Shown: piece by piece, positions 18,327 through 27,214 of the stretch
How positions within the stretch are numbered: the stretch's first letter is position 1
Layout of the letters: each line of letters opens with the position of its first letter
Source: Thermofilaceae archaeon
GTDB lineage: Archaea > Thermoproteota > Thermoprotei > Thermofilales > Thermofilaceae
DNA length: 64,000 nucleotides
Direction: 5' to 3'
Assembly (NCBI GenBank): GCA_038727095.1
Contig: JAVYWK010000002.1
Coordinates: 1-64,000, forward strand
Made by a program: the position numbers and the translations under genes
The notes under the pieces: model-generated
Seen by the model: only the letters and a program-made list of their open reading frames with translations
Database searches by the model: none
What the model was told of the DNA's origin: nothing

Positions 18327-19715
18327 TTGGTGATTGTCAAGGACGTGGTTTTCTTTAACGAGGAGTCGAACGTAGCTGTTGTTACTCTCTGGACGAAGAA
18401 GGAGGTAGTAGTAAACAGCCTCGCTGCGGCTGGGCTTTTAGAAAAAATTCACGCCGTAGGCACGCTCTACACGGTTTACGGCATAAATTACCTGCTCCAA
18501 ACGTTAGCTGAGCGTCCCCAGATAAACGTGCTCATCGTCTACGGCTCCGACCTCTCGGGCAGCGGAGAAGCCTTAGTTAGACTATTCAGCGAAAAAACGG
18601 TTCCTCCGGACTTTGAGCTGATGTGGCCCTTGCAGGTCGTTGAGCCCATTATCAGGGACGTTGAAGTAGTGGATCTTAGGGAGGCTTACAGAAGTGGAGA
18701 TTGGGTTAAGCTAGGGGCGGCAATAAACGGGTACTACCGACCCGGGACGCGCCGAAGGGAGTCGATCCGGTTACGGTTGCGCGAGAGTAGGGTTGGGGGG
18801 TGGCCACTCCCAGTCAGCGGCCTGTTGATTCAGGAAGACTCTCTCTTTAGAGCGTGGCACAAGGCCGTTTACGCAGTCATGATGCTCGGCTCCGTAAAGT
18901 GGAGTGAATACGGCGAGCACCAGAAGCAGCTGCTCAACCTGGTCGTAACGCTCGGCTTCTACGGGCGTCCACCGCTCCTGGAGCCAAGGATGCTCAACTA
19001 CTTTCCGAGAGAGGAGTTTGAAAAGCACTACCGCCTACTACTGGAGCCAGTTAAGCCGGAAGGGGTAAATTACACGTACGGTGAACGGTTGAGATTTCAC
19101 CCTATAGCAGGTGACCAGCTGGAGGAGCTTGTAGCGAAGCTCAGATCGTCATCGCACACTAGACGGGCGTTAGCAGTGCTGTGGCATCACGCCCGTGACC
19201 GTTCCAGCATGGATCCGCCGTGCATCGTGCTGGTGCAGGGGGACGTGACGGATGGCTTCTACAACCACACCGTGTACCTCAGGAGCAACGACATGTACGC
19301 GGCGTGGCCCCTCAACGCATACGCGCAGGCCAAGCTGGCGGAGCTTATCGCTAGTGAGCTGGGTGTGAAGGTGGGGGCTGTCACGCTCATCAGCTGCTCC
19401 GCGCACGTGTACGAGCACGATTGGGAGAGGGCTTGGAGGCTGATCCACGATAACCTTGACACACTATCCGAGTTCACGCCCGACCCTCGTGGCAACGTTC
19501 TGCTGCACCCTGAAGGAGGCAACCTAGAAGTGGAGCATAGAACGCCCCTGGGGCAGCTATCCTCCAGGCTGCGGGTGGGAAGCTACAGGCAGCTGAAGCC
19601 GCTTGCCATCCTCCTCTCCTCCGATCATGCTTTCTACCTGGGATGGGAGGCGAGGAGAGCCCTCGAGAGAGCTGCCCGTGGCGAACCTTACAGGCAGGAT
19701 GAGGACGATTTATAG
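18327..19715 (+). CDS. thyA: Thymidylate synthase (ThyA fold) with N-terminal MtrA-like and C-terminal DUF4346-like domains
   Basis: YTYGERL, TRRA, catalytic PPC, RSNDMYAAWPLN, SAHVYE; terminal HAFYLGWE..RA....GEPYRQD. Confidence 0.82.
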   Translation: MVIVKDVVFFNEESNVAVVTLWTKKEVVVNSLAAAGLLEKIHAVGTLYTVYGINYLLQTLAERPQINVLIVYGSDLSGSGEALVRLFSEKTVPPDFELMWPLQVVEPIIRDVEVVDLREAYRSGDWVKLGAAINGYYRPGTRRRESIRLRLRESRVGGWPLPVSGLLIQEDSLFRAWHKAVYAVMMLGSVKWSEYGEHQKQLLNLVVTLGFYGRPPLLEPRMLNYFPREEFEKHYRLLLEPVKPEGVNYTYGERLRFHPIAGDQLEELVAKLRSSSHTRRALAVLWHHARDRSSMDPPCIVLVQGDVTDGFYNHTVYLRSNDMYAAWPLNAYAQAKLAELIASELGVKVGAVTLISCSAHVYEHDWERAWRLIHDNLDTLSEFTPDPRGNVLLHPEGGNLEVEHRTPLGQLSSRLRVGSYRQLKPLAILLSSDHAFYLGWEARRALERAARGEPYRQDEDDL

Positions 19716-21224
19716 CTGCCACTCCTCGCTATGCTTCAGGGGGTAGCCACAGTATGGGCAGTACGCTGCATCTCTAGGGGTCTCGGCGTAGCAGTACGGG
19801 CACCTAGCGGATCTTCTCCTTGCAAGTATGATGAACAGAGAGTATGCTATGGCCGCTACGATGAGGATCGCTGCAACGGTAAGAACCCACCAGGAAGTTA
19901 GGCGAGTAACTATGCGGTAGGTTGCTACTTCGACCTGGAAACCCCAATTCTTGAACAGAGGAGTTAGATCTTCTCCCGCCGCAGCGCTCAGTGCTTCCAA
20001 TAGTTCCTCGTTTGATCGAACACCGCCTCTCCTCCTAATCTCCTCCGCCACTCGCTTGATGTAGGCCGATCCCCCCCTCCCTTCAGCCAACGATGAAACA
20101 ATGTAGTAGGAAGCCGCGTAGTAGCGCCCTTCATCCCCAGACGGGTTCCAGAAGCTCACGAATCCTGGTTTTACAATTCCCTCCCTGAACAGTTTCGCAG
20201 CCTCCTCAAGGCTTGCGAGAGTATCGTTGATGTCCAACCCCAGTTCCTTGCAAGTCTTTAGCGATACGTACTGCGCCACTCCCTCGTGGAACCAGCGTAG
20301 CTCGCGCGAAGCTGGCACCCCGAGTGCCCCCAGTATCTTATGAACTAGCTCGTGAACCACTGTAGTCTCCATGTAACCCTCCTTGAAGCGTACCAACGCC
20401 AAATTGAGGTATACGGGACCTTCTCCACCCGCGTTGATGTCCTCACCCATGACGTAGCCTAACGCGCTCAGATCCATCATCGTTGGTAGAAAGAGCTTGA
20501 AGTCCAGGTTTTGTGGACTGTAACCGAAGATTTCACGTAGCATGGGTGTGACATCTCTCACCGTACCCGCGATCTTGCTTAGTAATCCCCCGTAGAAATA
20601 GGGTGCTTGCAGGTTCACTCTAATTCCATTGATGTTCTCACTAAGGATGACTTCCTCGATTGATTTATCTGGCTTGAAATCGATAGTAACGCGTGCGCCT
20701 CCCGCTGAAGTGGTCGGTATCGGCACGCGTAGCGTTTTGCCTTCGTGTGCGTAGGTCGTGGGAGCTCCATTAAGCGTCACAGCCCTGAGGGTGCCTAGGT
20801 CGGCAATCGTTATGACCGCAGAGAAGCTCGAAAGAGGTGTTGCACCCAAGAGTGGTGACATGAACCACCCTTTATCTGAAGTATAAAGTGCCGCGAAGGG
20901 GAAGTTGTAGCTGATGTTCAAAGAGAAGCTGTGGGCCGATGTGGCGATGTAGGCGAAAGTAACGTTGTTATAGAAGTAGGCGCTGGTATTTTGGATTTCA
21001 ATGTTGGTGACATTACCGCCCGAAAACGTGTAACTCCAATTCTCGAAGCGGGGGAGGTACATGGATATGCTCCCACTCGTGCTGTCCCAGATCACTAACC
21101 TCACTGTCGCATTCCCACCCTCGCCCACATCGATAAAAACGGTAGCCTGTGGCGCACCGAAAACGCTCAACGCTAAACAGGCAACTACAACCAGCGCTAG
21201 TCCTGTGAATGCTCGAAGATCCAC
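19710..21224 (-). CDS. Membrane-anchored gluzincin (M1/MA-like) metallopeptidase with C-terminal zinc ribbon
   Basis: Signal peptide, VVHELVH...WFHEGVAQY, TM helix, CPYC..CPYCG. Confidence 0.85.
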   Translation of the reverse strand: MDLRAFTGLALVVVACLALSVFGAPQATVFIDVGEGGNATVRLVIWDSTSGSISMYLPRFENWSYTFSGGNVTNIEIQNTSAYFYNNVTFAYIATSAHSFSLNISYNFPFAALYTSDKGWFMSPLLGATPLSSFSAVITIADLGTLRAVTLNGAPTTYAHEGKTLRVPIPTTSAGGARVTIDFKPDKSIEEVILSENINGIRVNLQAPYFYGGLLSKIAGTVRDVTPMLREIFGYSPQNLDFKLFLPTMMDLSALGYVMGEDINAGGEGPVYLNLALVRFKEGYMETTVVHELVHKILGALGVPASRELRWFHEGVAQYVSLKTCKELGLDINDTLASLEEAAKLFREGIVKPGFVSFWNPSGDEGRYYAASYYIVSSLAEGRGGSAYIKRVAEEIRRRGGVRSNEELLEALSAAAGEDLTPLFKNWGFQVEVATYRIVTRLTSWWVLTVAAILIVAAIAYSLFIILARRRSARCPYCYAETPRDAAYCPYCGYPLKHSEEWQL

Positions 21225-21296
21225 GATAGTCCATCGATCCTGAGCTTAAAAGCTGCACGCCGCAATACCTTTTTGATTACTCGCTAACCCCCTCCT

Positions 21297-22025
21297 GTGA
21301 AACCATACGCAGCGTTCGCCAGCGATCCGGTAATCCTTGTTTCAGACACGCATTATCGCCCGGGTAGTCGAAGTATTCGAACGATCATTGCTCTAGCGGC
21401 GAGCAGGGGGGCGGAAACCCTGATCGTGCTCGGCGATCTCTTCGACGACTTACACAGACTCTTGAGCGCTAGCGAGGTGGGAAAGGCGCTGAGATGCATT
21501 TTCAAGGGAGCGAGAGGTTTACGGGTGATTTTCGTGACAAGCCTCTCCAGCCACGACCCCATTCTTCGGGAGTCTGTGCACTTCAAGTCCGATGAGTTGG
21601 ATTTGCACGTGTACCCAGGCCCGGTTATCGCGCAGTTAGGAGGGCTTACAGCCTTCCTTACGCACGGGGATTTGGCGCTGCGAAACGGTGCACAAGCCTT
21701 CCTCATTAACTTCCTAATGAAATCCCTGGGAAAGGAGCTGTTCCTGGAGAAAGCATTGAGGCAGAAGCTGCGACTACCAGCGGATTGGTGGCTATTCATG
21801 GGACACACTCACATACCCGGTATCGATTACGAGGCGAGGGTTGCAAACACCGGTAGCTGGCGCGAAAGTTGGGTCCTCGGAATACCCTACTGGCGCCCTC
21901 CATCCAACACGTACCTCTTCGTGGAGTCGGGTCGCGTGGAGCTGTGCCAAGAACTTTTTAAAGCGAAGCGCAGAGGCCACGAAACGTGGCTGAGGAAGAG
22001 CGTGCGAAAGACATCACGAAGATAA
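21297..22025 (+). CDS. Calcineurin-like metallophosphoesterase
   Basis: SDTH, GDLFD, SSHD, THGD, GHTH, NTGSW. Confidence 0.88.
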   Translation: MKPYAAFASDPVILVSDTHYRPGSRSIRTIIALAASRGAETLIVLGDLFDDLHRLLSASEVGKALRCIFKGARGLRVIFVTSLSSHDPILRESVHFKSDELDLHVYPGPVIAQLGGLTAFLTHGDLALRNGAQAFLINFLMKSLGKELFLEKALRQKLRLPADWWLFMGHTHIPGIDYEARVANTGSWRESWVLGIPYWRPPSNTYLFVESGRVELCQELFKAKRRGHETWLRKSVRKTSRR

Positions 22026-22657
22026 GAGAGGAGCTGAAAGAGGTAGAACTCCTTGTACCACTGGAGATGTACCTCGCAGCTGGGGTCAGGATCGGTACCC
22101 GCATGAAGAGCGCCTTCATGAAGCGCTTCATCTACGGTGTCCGCCCCGATGGACTCTACTTGCTTAACGTGCTAGAGACAGACAATCGGTTGAGGATCGC
22201 AGCCCGCGTTATAGCGCGGTACACCCCTTCGCGCGTGGTGGTAGTATCAGCTAGGCAGTACGGCTTTAAACCGGTTCAGCGTTTCTGTGCCTTTACCGGT
22301 TGCGTACCCATCCTAGGCAGGTTCCCCCCGGGTGCCCTAACTAACCCTAAGTTACCCAGCTACGTTGAGGCGGATCTCCTCGTCGTGACAGACCCAAGGG
22401 TGGATATACAGGCTATTAGCGAGGCGGCAAAGGTGGGCATCCCGGTCGTAGCCTTCTGCGACACCGATAGTCCGTTGGAGTTCGTTGACCTAGTTATTCC
22501 GGCCAACAATAGGGGTAGAAGAGCGCTGGCCCTGCTATACTGGCTGCTGGCAAGGCAGGTACTAAGGGAGAGAGGAGAGCTACCGCCCACCGGTGAGCTA
22601 CCCGTACCGCCGGAGGATTTCGAGGCAAAGGTCTTAATAACTGGAGAGGTCATCTGA
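21986..22657 (+). CDS. rps2: 30S ribosomal protein S2 (uS2)
   Basis: YLAAGVRIGT, RPDGLY, GRFPPGALTNP, IPANNRGRRALAL. Confidence 0.97.
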   Translation: MAEEERAKDITKIREELKEVELLVPLEMYLAAGVRIGTRMKSAFMKRFIYGVRPDGLYLLNVLETDNRLRIAARVIARYTPSRVVVVSARQYGFKPVQRFCAFTGCVPILGRFPPGALTNPKLPSYVEADLLVVTDPRVDIQAISEAAKVGIPVVAFCDTDSPLEFVDLVIPANNRGRRALALLYWLLARQVLRERGELPPTGELPVPPEDFEAKVLITGEVI

Positions 22658-22662
22658 AACCC

Positions 22663-23535
22663 GTGAGAATCAGGAGGCCCGCAGTCGCTGGGCTATTCTA
22701 CGAGCGTTCGAGGGAAAGCCTACTAAGGCAGCTCGAGGAGGCCTTTCTCAAGGGGCCAGGTGCAAGGCTCCAAAAACCGGGTCCCTATGCTGGCTCCGTA
22801 TTAGGAGCAGTGGTTCCCCACGCCGGCTACGTGTACTCGGGTTACGTTGCAGCGTACTCGTACGCTGAGATAGCCAGTAGTGGTACCCCAGAAGTTGTCA
22901 TCCTAGTGGGGCCGAACCATCACGCTCTCGGCATGCCTGTGGCTGTATCTGAAGCTGATGCATGGGAAACCCCATTGGGCACGGTTGAGGTGGATAAGGA
23001 GGTGGCCAGGAGGATTATCGAATGGAGCGAGGTGGCCGCGCTGGATGACAGCGCGCACGACTATGAACACTCTCTAGAGGTGCAACTGCCATTTCTGCAG
23101 TACATCTTTGGTGAAGGTTTCAAGATCGTTCCGATCAGCATGTACCTTCAGGAGCCTACGGTATCCAGGAAGCTGGGGAGAGCCATAGCGAGGGTTCTAA
23201 AGGAGCTGGGGGTCAAAGCGTACGTAGTGGCTAGCAGCGACTTCACGCACTACGAGGAGGCGCGCAAAGCATCTGAGAAGGATAGGGCAGCTATAGACGC
23301 GATTCTCAGACTTGACGATAGAGGGCTTTACGACGTGATAATCGAGAAAGATGTCACGGCGTGCGGCTACGGTGCGATCATGACGCTTATCGCCGCAGCT
23401 AGAGAAATGCCTCCGGTAAGGGTGAAGCTGCTGAAGTACGCGAACTCCGGTGACGTTACCGGCGACTACTCGGAGGTCGTGGGGTACGCCAGCGTCTGCT
23501 TCTATAGGGAAACACTATCAGCTCCCGAGTCCTAA
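22663..23535 (+). CDS. MEMO1-family protein (AmmeMemoRadiSam protein B)
   Basis: RRPAVAGLFY, PHAGYVYSG, GPNH, EHSLEVQLPFLQ, SSDFTHY, VVGYA. Confidence 0.93.
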   Translation: MRIRRPAVAGLFYERSRESLLRQLEEAFLKGPGARLQKPGPYAGSVLGAVVPHAGYVYSGYVAAYSYAEIASSGTPEVVILVGPNHHALGMPVAVSEADAWETPLGTVEVDKEVARRIIEWSEVAALDDSAHDYEHSLEVQLPFLQYIFGEGFKIVPISMYLQEPTVSRKLGRAIARVLKELGVKAYVVASSDFTHYEEARKASEKDRAAIDAILRLDDRGLYDVIIEKDVTACGYGAIMTLIAAAREMPPVRVKLLKYANSGDVTGDYSEVVGYASVCFYRETLSAPES

Positions 23536-23611
23536 ATCGCTACTCCGCGCGGTTTTTCTCAGCAGTTAAACGGAAAAAGGTTAAAGAGGGGAAAGTCACG
23601 AGCGCAGCCTA

Positions 23612-24718
23612 GTGAGCATCTTGGACTCGCGAGTGCAGAGGCTGCTGGCCAGGAAGGATGACCATATACTGCTCTCCCTCCAGCCAGACTCACAGTATCG
23701 GGTGAAAACCAGCTGGTTTGAGTACGTAGAGTTCGTCCACGTGGCCGCACCAGAGATGAACATGAGCGATGCAGCGCTCACTACCGAATTTTTTGGCTTT
23801 AAACTGCGCGCGCCCCTTATGATCTCCGGCATGACTGGAGGAACACAGCTGGCCAAAAAGCTCAACCTAATCTTCGCGCGCGTCGCGGAGGACATGGGTA
23901 TCGCGGTGGGCGTGGGCAGCCAGAGGGCTGCCCTAGAGGCCCCGGAAGTGAGAGACACGTTTAGTGTTGTAAGAGAAGTCGCAGTCAGTGTGCCCGTTGT
24001 AGCCAACATTGGGGCTAGCCAGCTAGCTGAGGGGTTGAGCTTGGACGCTGTCGAGGACATAGTCGATATGGTCGACGCGGACGCTATCGCCGTCCACTTA
24101 AACCCCCTTCAAGAAGCCCTTCAACCCGAAGGGGAGGCTAGGTACGCGGGACTGCTGGAGCGGCTGAGGGAGCTCGTAGAGCGAGCCCCCGTACCGGTAC
24201 TCGTGAAGGAGACCGGGGCAGGGATCAGCCGCGAGACGGCGGAAAAGTTGGCGGCAATCGGCGTGAAAGGGATCGATGTGGGAGGAGCGGGGGGGACTTC
24301 CTTCGCTAGGATTGAGGGGATACGCGCGCTCTTAAAGGACGATCCTTTACTGTTGCAACTGTGCGAAGATTTCTCAGAATGGGGTATTCCAACTGCAGCG
24401 AGCATTCTTGAAGTAAGAGCCGCAACGAATACTCTCCTCGTAGTAGCCACAGGAGGGCTTAGAAACGGCATTGATGCTGGTAAGGCACTTAGGCTGGGCG
24501 CCGATATTTGCGGCTTCGCGTACCCAGTTCTACGTGCAACGATGGAGGGGGGTTACCAAGGTGCCTTGAACTACGTCCGCAGAGTGATCGAAGGTTTGAG
24601 GAGAGTGCTCTTCCTCACCAACTCAAGAAACCTCAACGAGCTGAAAAAGGCACGTATAGTGATTAAAGGTGAGCTAAGGGAATGGGTGCTCAGCCGCAAA
24701 CTGCTGGACATGATTTAA
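23612..24718 (+). CDS. fni: Type 2 isopentenyl-diphosphate delta-isomerase
   Basis: RKDDH, MTGG, VGSQRAA, HLNPLQE..QPEG, VKETGAG, GAGGTSF. Confidence 0.96.
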   Translation: MSILDSRVQRLLARKDDHILLSLQPDSQYRVKTSWFEYVEFVHVAAPEMNMSDAALTTEFFGFKLRAPLMISGMTGGTQLAKKLNLIFARVAEDMGIAVGVGSQRAALEAPEVRDTFSVVREVAVSVPVVANIGASQLAEGLSLDAVEDIVDMVDADAIAVHLNPLQEALQPEGEARYAGLLERLRELVERAPVPVLVKETGAGISRETAEKLAAIGVKGIDVGGAGGTSFARIEGIRALLKDDPLLLQLCEDFSEWGIPTAASILEVRAATNTLLVVATGGLRNGIDAGKALRLGADICGFAYPVLRATMEGGYQGALNYVRRVIEGLRRVLFLTNSRNLNELKKARIVIKGELREWVLSRKLLDMI

Positions 24719-26094
24719 GTAACACTACGCTGGCTGCGGTTTCGCGGCTCGATGCGGTCCTTGGGAGCTCTTTCAAACGTCTCTAAGTACTCGCTTAGCA
24801 CAGGGGGGATCCTTACAGTACCGTCAGGCTCCTGGTAGTTCTCTACGATGGCTGTTATCGCTCTAGTGGTGGCTATCGCTGTGGAGTTGAGGGTGTGAAC
24901 GTACCCCTCAGCTGGGGCTCCCTTCGCCTTCGCGTAGCGTATGTTGAGCCTGTAGGACTGGTAGTCCGTCGTGTTGCTGCAAGACACCATCTCTCTGTAC
25001 CTGCCCTGAGCCGGCATCCAAGCTTCTAGATCGTACTTTTTAGCTGCGACTACTCCGAGATCGCCTGAACAGACGTTAACGACCCGGTACGGGATCCCCA
25101 GTCCCTGGAAGAGCTCTTCCGCGTTTCTGATGAGACGCTCGTGCCACTCCCACGATTCGTCGGGGAGGCAGTATACGAACTGCTCGACCTTCGTAAACTG
25201 GTGCACCCTGAATATCCCCTTCGTATCCTTGCCGTGCGCGCCTGCCTCCTTCCTGAAACATGGGCTCAGCCCGGCGTAAAGCAGGGGTAATTCATCTCGC
25301 GGTATCGTTTCATCCATGTGGAGAGATGCTAAGGGGTGCTCCGCGGTAGCGATCAGGTACAGGTCCTCGCCTTCAACCTTGTACACCATGTCCTCGAAGT
25401 CTAGGAAGCTGATCACGCCCTCGAGGGGCTTCCTCCTGAGCATATAGGGCGGAATCACGAGCTGGAAGCCCTTCTTCGCCAGGTGGTCGAGCGCGTACAT
25501 TACGAGCGCTAACTCGAGCCACACGAAATCGTCGAACATGTAGTAGAAGCGCGCTCCCGCCACTTTACCGGCTCTCAAAGTATCGATGAGCATTGAGCCT
25601 TCGCTGTAATCGGCGTGCCCTAGCGGCTTCCAATCAATTAGCTCGTAATCCACATCGTAACCCTTCGTCTGAAACTTGAAGCTCTCGAGGTACCCCACCC
25701 AGACCCTCGGCTTGCCCCAGAAGCGCACTGGGACGTTATCCTCCTCCCCTCGGCCGATCGGCACGGTCTCATGCACTATGTTCGGTATCGATCTTAGAAT
25801 GCGGTCTCTTTCCTCCTCCACCTTCTGCAGCCTCTTCTCCGCTTCATTCAAGGCTTGATCCAGCCTGCGGGCCTCCTCTATCAAAGCTCGCCTCTCTTCA
25901 TGTGTGGCTCTAGCTATCCTACTAGCGAGAATATTCCTCTCGTGCCTGAGCTTGTCAATTTCGGCGCGAAGTCTCCTCCACTCCGTATCAAGCTCCAACG
26001 CTTTATCAACGACCTCTATGCTCTCCCCCCTCACTCTCTGAGACCATCTTAGCTTCTCAGGATCGTTCCTCAGGTAGTACAGGATCGACCACAT
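24715..26094 (-). CDS. serS: Seryl-tRNA synthetase
   Basis: N-terminal coiled coil, ATAEHP, FRKEAGAHGKDTKGIFRVHQF, EMVSCSNTTDYQS, HTLNST. Confidence 0.97.
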   Translation of the reverse strand: MWSILYYLRNDPEKLRWSQRVRGESIEVVDKALELDTEWRRLRAEIDKLRHERNILASRIARATHEERRALIEEARRLDQALNEAEKRLQKVEEERDRILRSIPNIVHETVPIGRGEEDNVPVRFWGKPRVWVGYLESFKFQTKGYDVDYELIDWKPLGHADYSEGSMLIDTLRAGKVAGARFYYMFDDFVWLELALVMYALDHLAKKGFQLVIPPYMLRRKPLEGVISFLDFEDMVYKVEGEDLYLIATAEHPLASLHMDETIPRDELPLLYAGLSPCFRKEAGAHGKDTKGIFRVHQFTKVEQFVYCLPDESWEWHERLIRNAEELFQGLGIPYRVVNVCSGDLGVVAAKKYDLEAWMPAQGRYREMVSCSNTTDYQSYRLNIRYAKAKGAPAEGYVHTLNSTAIATTRAITAIVENYQEPDGTVRIPPVLSEYLETFERAPKDRIEPRNRSQRSVT

Positions 26095-26181
26095 ACCAAT
26101 CCCTCTATGCGCACCCCCTTAAGTAGCTGTGCTAGAGTTTTCACCATAAACGCCCCCCTCCGCGACTCCGAAGGAGGAGCG

Positions 26182-27141
26182 TTACAGCGGTGGAGGGCCC
26201 CTTGAGTCCTTTGGAGCCCGCAACCATTCGATGAACCGGCGCGACGGGGGCTCCTCCTTGTAGAGAACTCGCCTCCGCGCTTCCAAGAGTTTCTCCTCAG
26301 CCCCTAGCAGCTCAGCGTACGTCATTGCAGCAGAAATCCCTCCGCTTGCTAGCTTACCCCGCCACTCTTCATCGCGCAACGTGTGATGGCACACGATAAC
26401 TCTAGTTGAGCGCGAGATGACAGATAGATTCTCTAAACCCCTTCTCACCAGTTCTCTTTCCACCTTACGCCCTTCCAAGTAGAGCGGGGGGCCGCCTATC
26501 ACAACTAGGCTCGGCTTTAACGAGATGATCGCCTCCGCAGCATTCGATTCCGCAGGCCCCTGCGCGTCAGGGGCGAAAACGATTCGCGTGCCTCCGTACT
26601 CTATGAGGAACGAGACGACGCTCCCCATCGGACTTTCAGCACCGTGTGGAAATGGGCCTAGCGCCTCGATGTACGTCCTGCCTAGGACAAAGCGTAAACC
26701 ATCGGCTTCAACCACGCGGCATCCCGCCTCCCCCAACTCGCGCAGGAGAATTGCCGCTCTCTTCCGTTGGTTGAAGCTGATGCTTCTATCCGGTCTCTTC
26801 GCTAATATCAGCTTGCCAGCGTACGTTTTTTCAAAAACGTCCCGATCGCACCACTCGTAGTAGCTGGTGAAACTGGGTGTATAGTGATCCAAGTGGTAGT
26901 GGCTTATCGTTACTACGTCACAGCGGGCGGCAAAGCTGGTTATTCTCTCCCGCGCCTCACGCGCCGCTTCAAACTCCTTCGGGTGGGGTGGCAGACCAAA
27001 ACGCCTTGGAGCCAGTGAGACTCCAGCGTCCAGCAGGACGGTAGCGTCCGGAGTTACGACTCCGAGGGCCATCGATCGTACACCGAGGCTCTCTTCTCCG
27101 AGTGGATGCAGCTCAATCTTGCCTACAGCCCAACCTTTCAC
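26182..27141 (-). CDS. Metallo-beta-lactamase-fold hydrolase (UPF0282-like)
   Basis: ESLGVRSMA, VSLAPRRFGLPPHP.E, ISHYHLDH, DAQGP, HHTLRD; start uncertain (GTG 27141). Confidence 0.88.
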   Translation of the reverse strand: MKGWAVGKIELHPLGEESLGVRSMALGVVTPDATVLLDAGVSLAPRRFGLPPHPKEFEAAREARERITSFAARCDVVTISHYHLDHYTPSFTSYYEWCDRDVFEKTYAGKLILAKRPDRSISFNQRKRAAILLRELGEAGCRVVEADGLRFVLGRTYIEALGPFPHGAESPMGSVVSFLIEYGGTRIVFAPDAQGPAESNAAEAIISLKPSLVVIGGPPLYLEGRKVERELVRRGLENLSVISRSTRVIVCHHTLRDEEWRGKLASGGISAAMTYAELLGAEEKLLEARRRVLYKEEPPSRRFIEWLRAPKDSRGPPPL

Positions 27142-27214
27142 CGGACCAACCCACGTTTCTGCTCTAAAATTGTTAGTGCTCAACGAGCTTTTAAGAATTG
27201 GTACGTGCTCCCCT

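Noticed and set aside
26151-26181. GC-rich hairpin upstream of serS as a leader regulatory element
   Set aside because: It lies upstream of the likely serS TATA (about 26118), so it is probably not in the serS transcript; it may be a 3' structure of the MBL gene.
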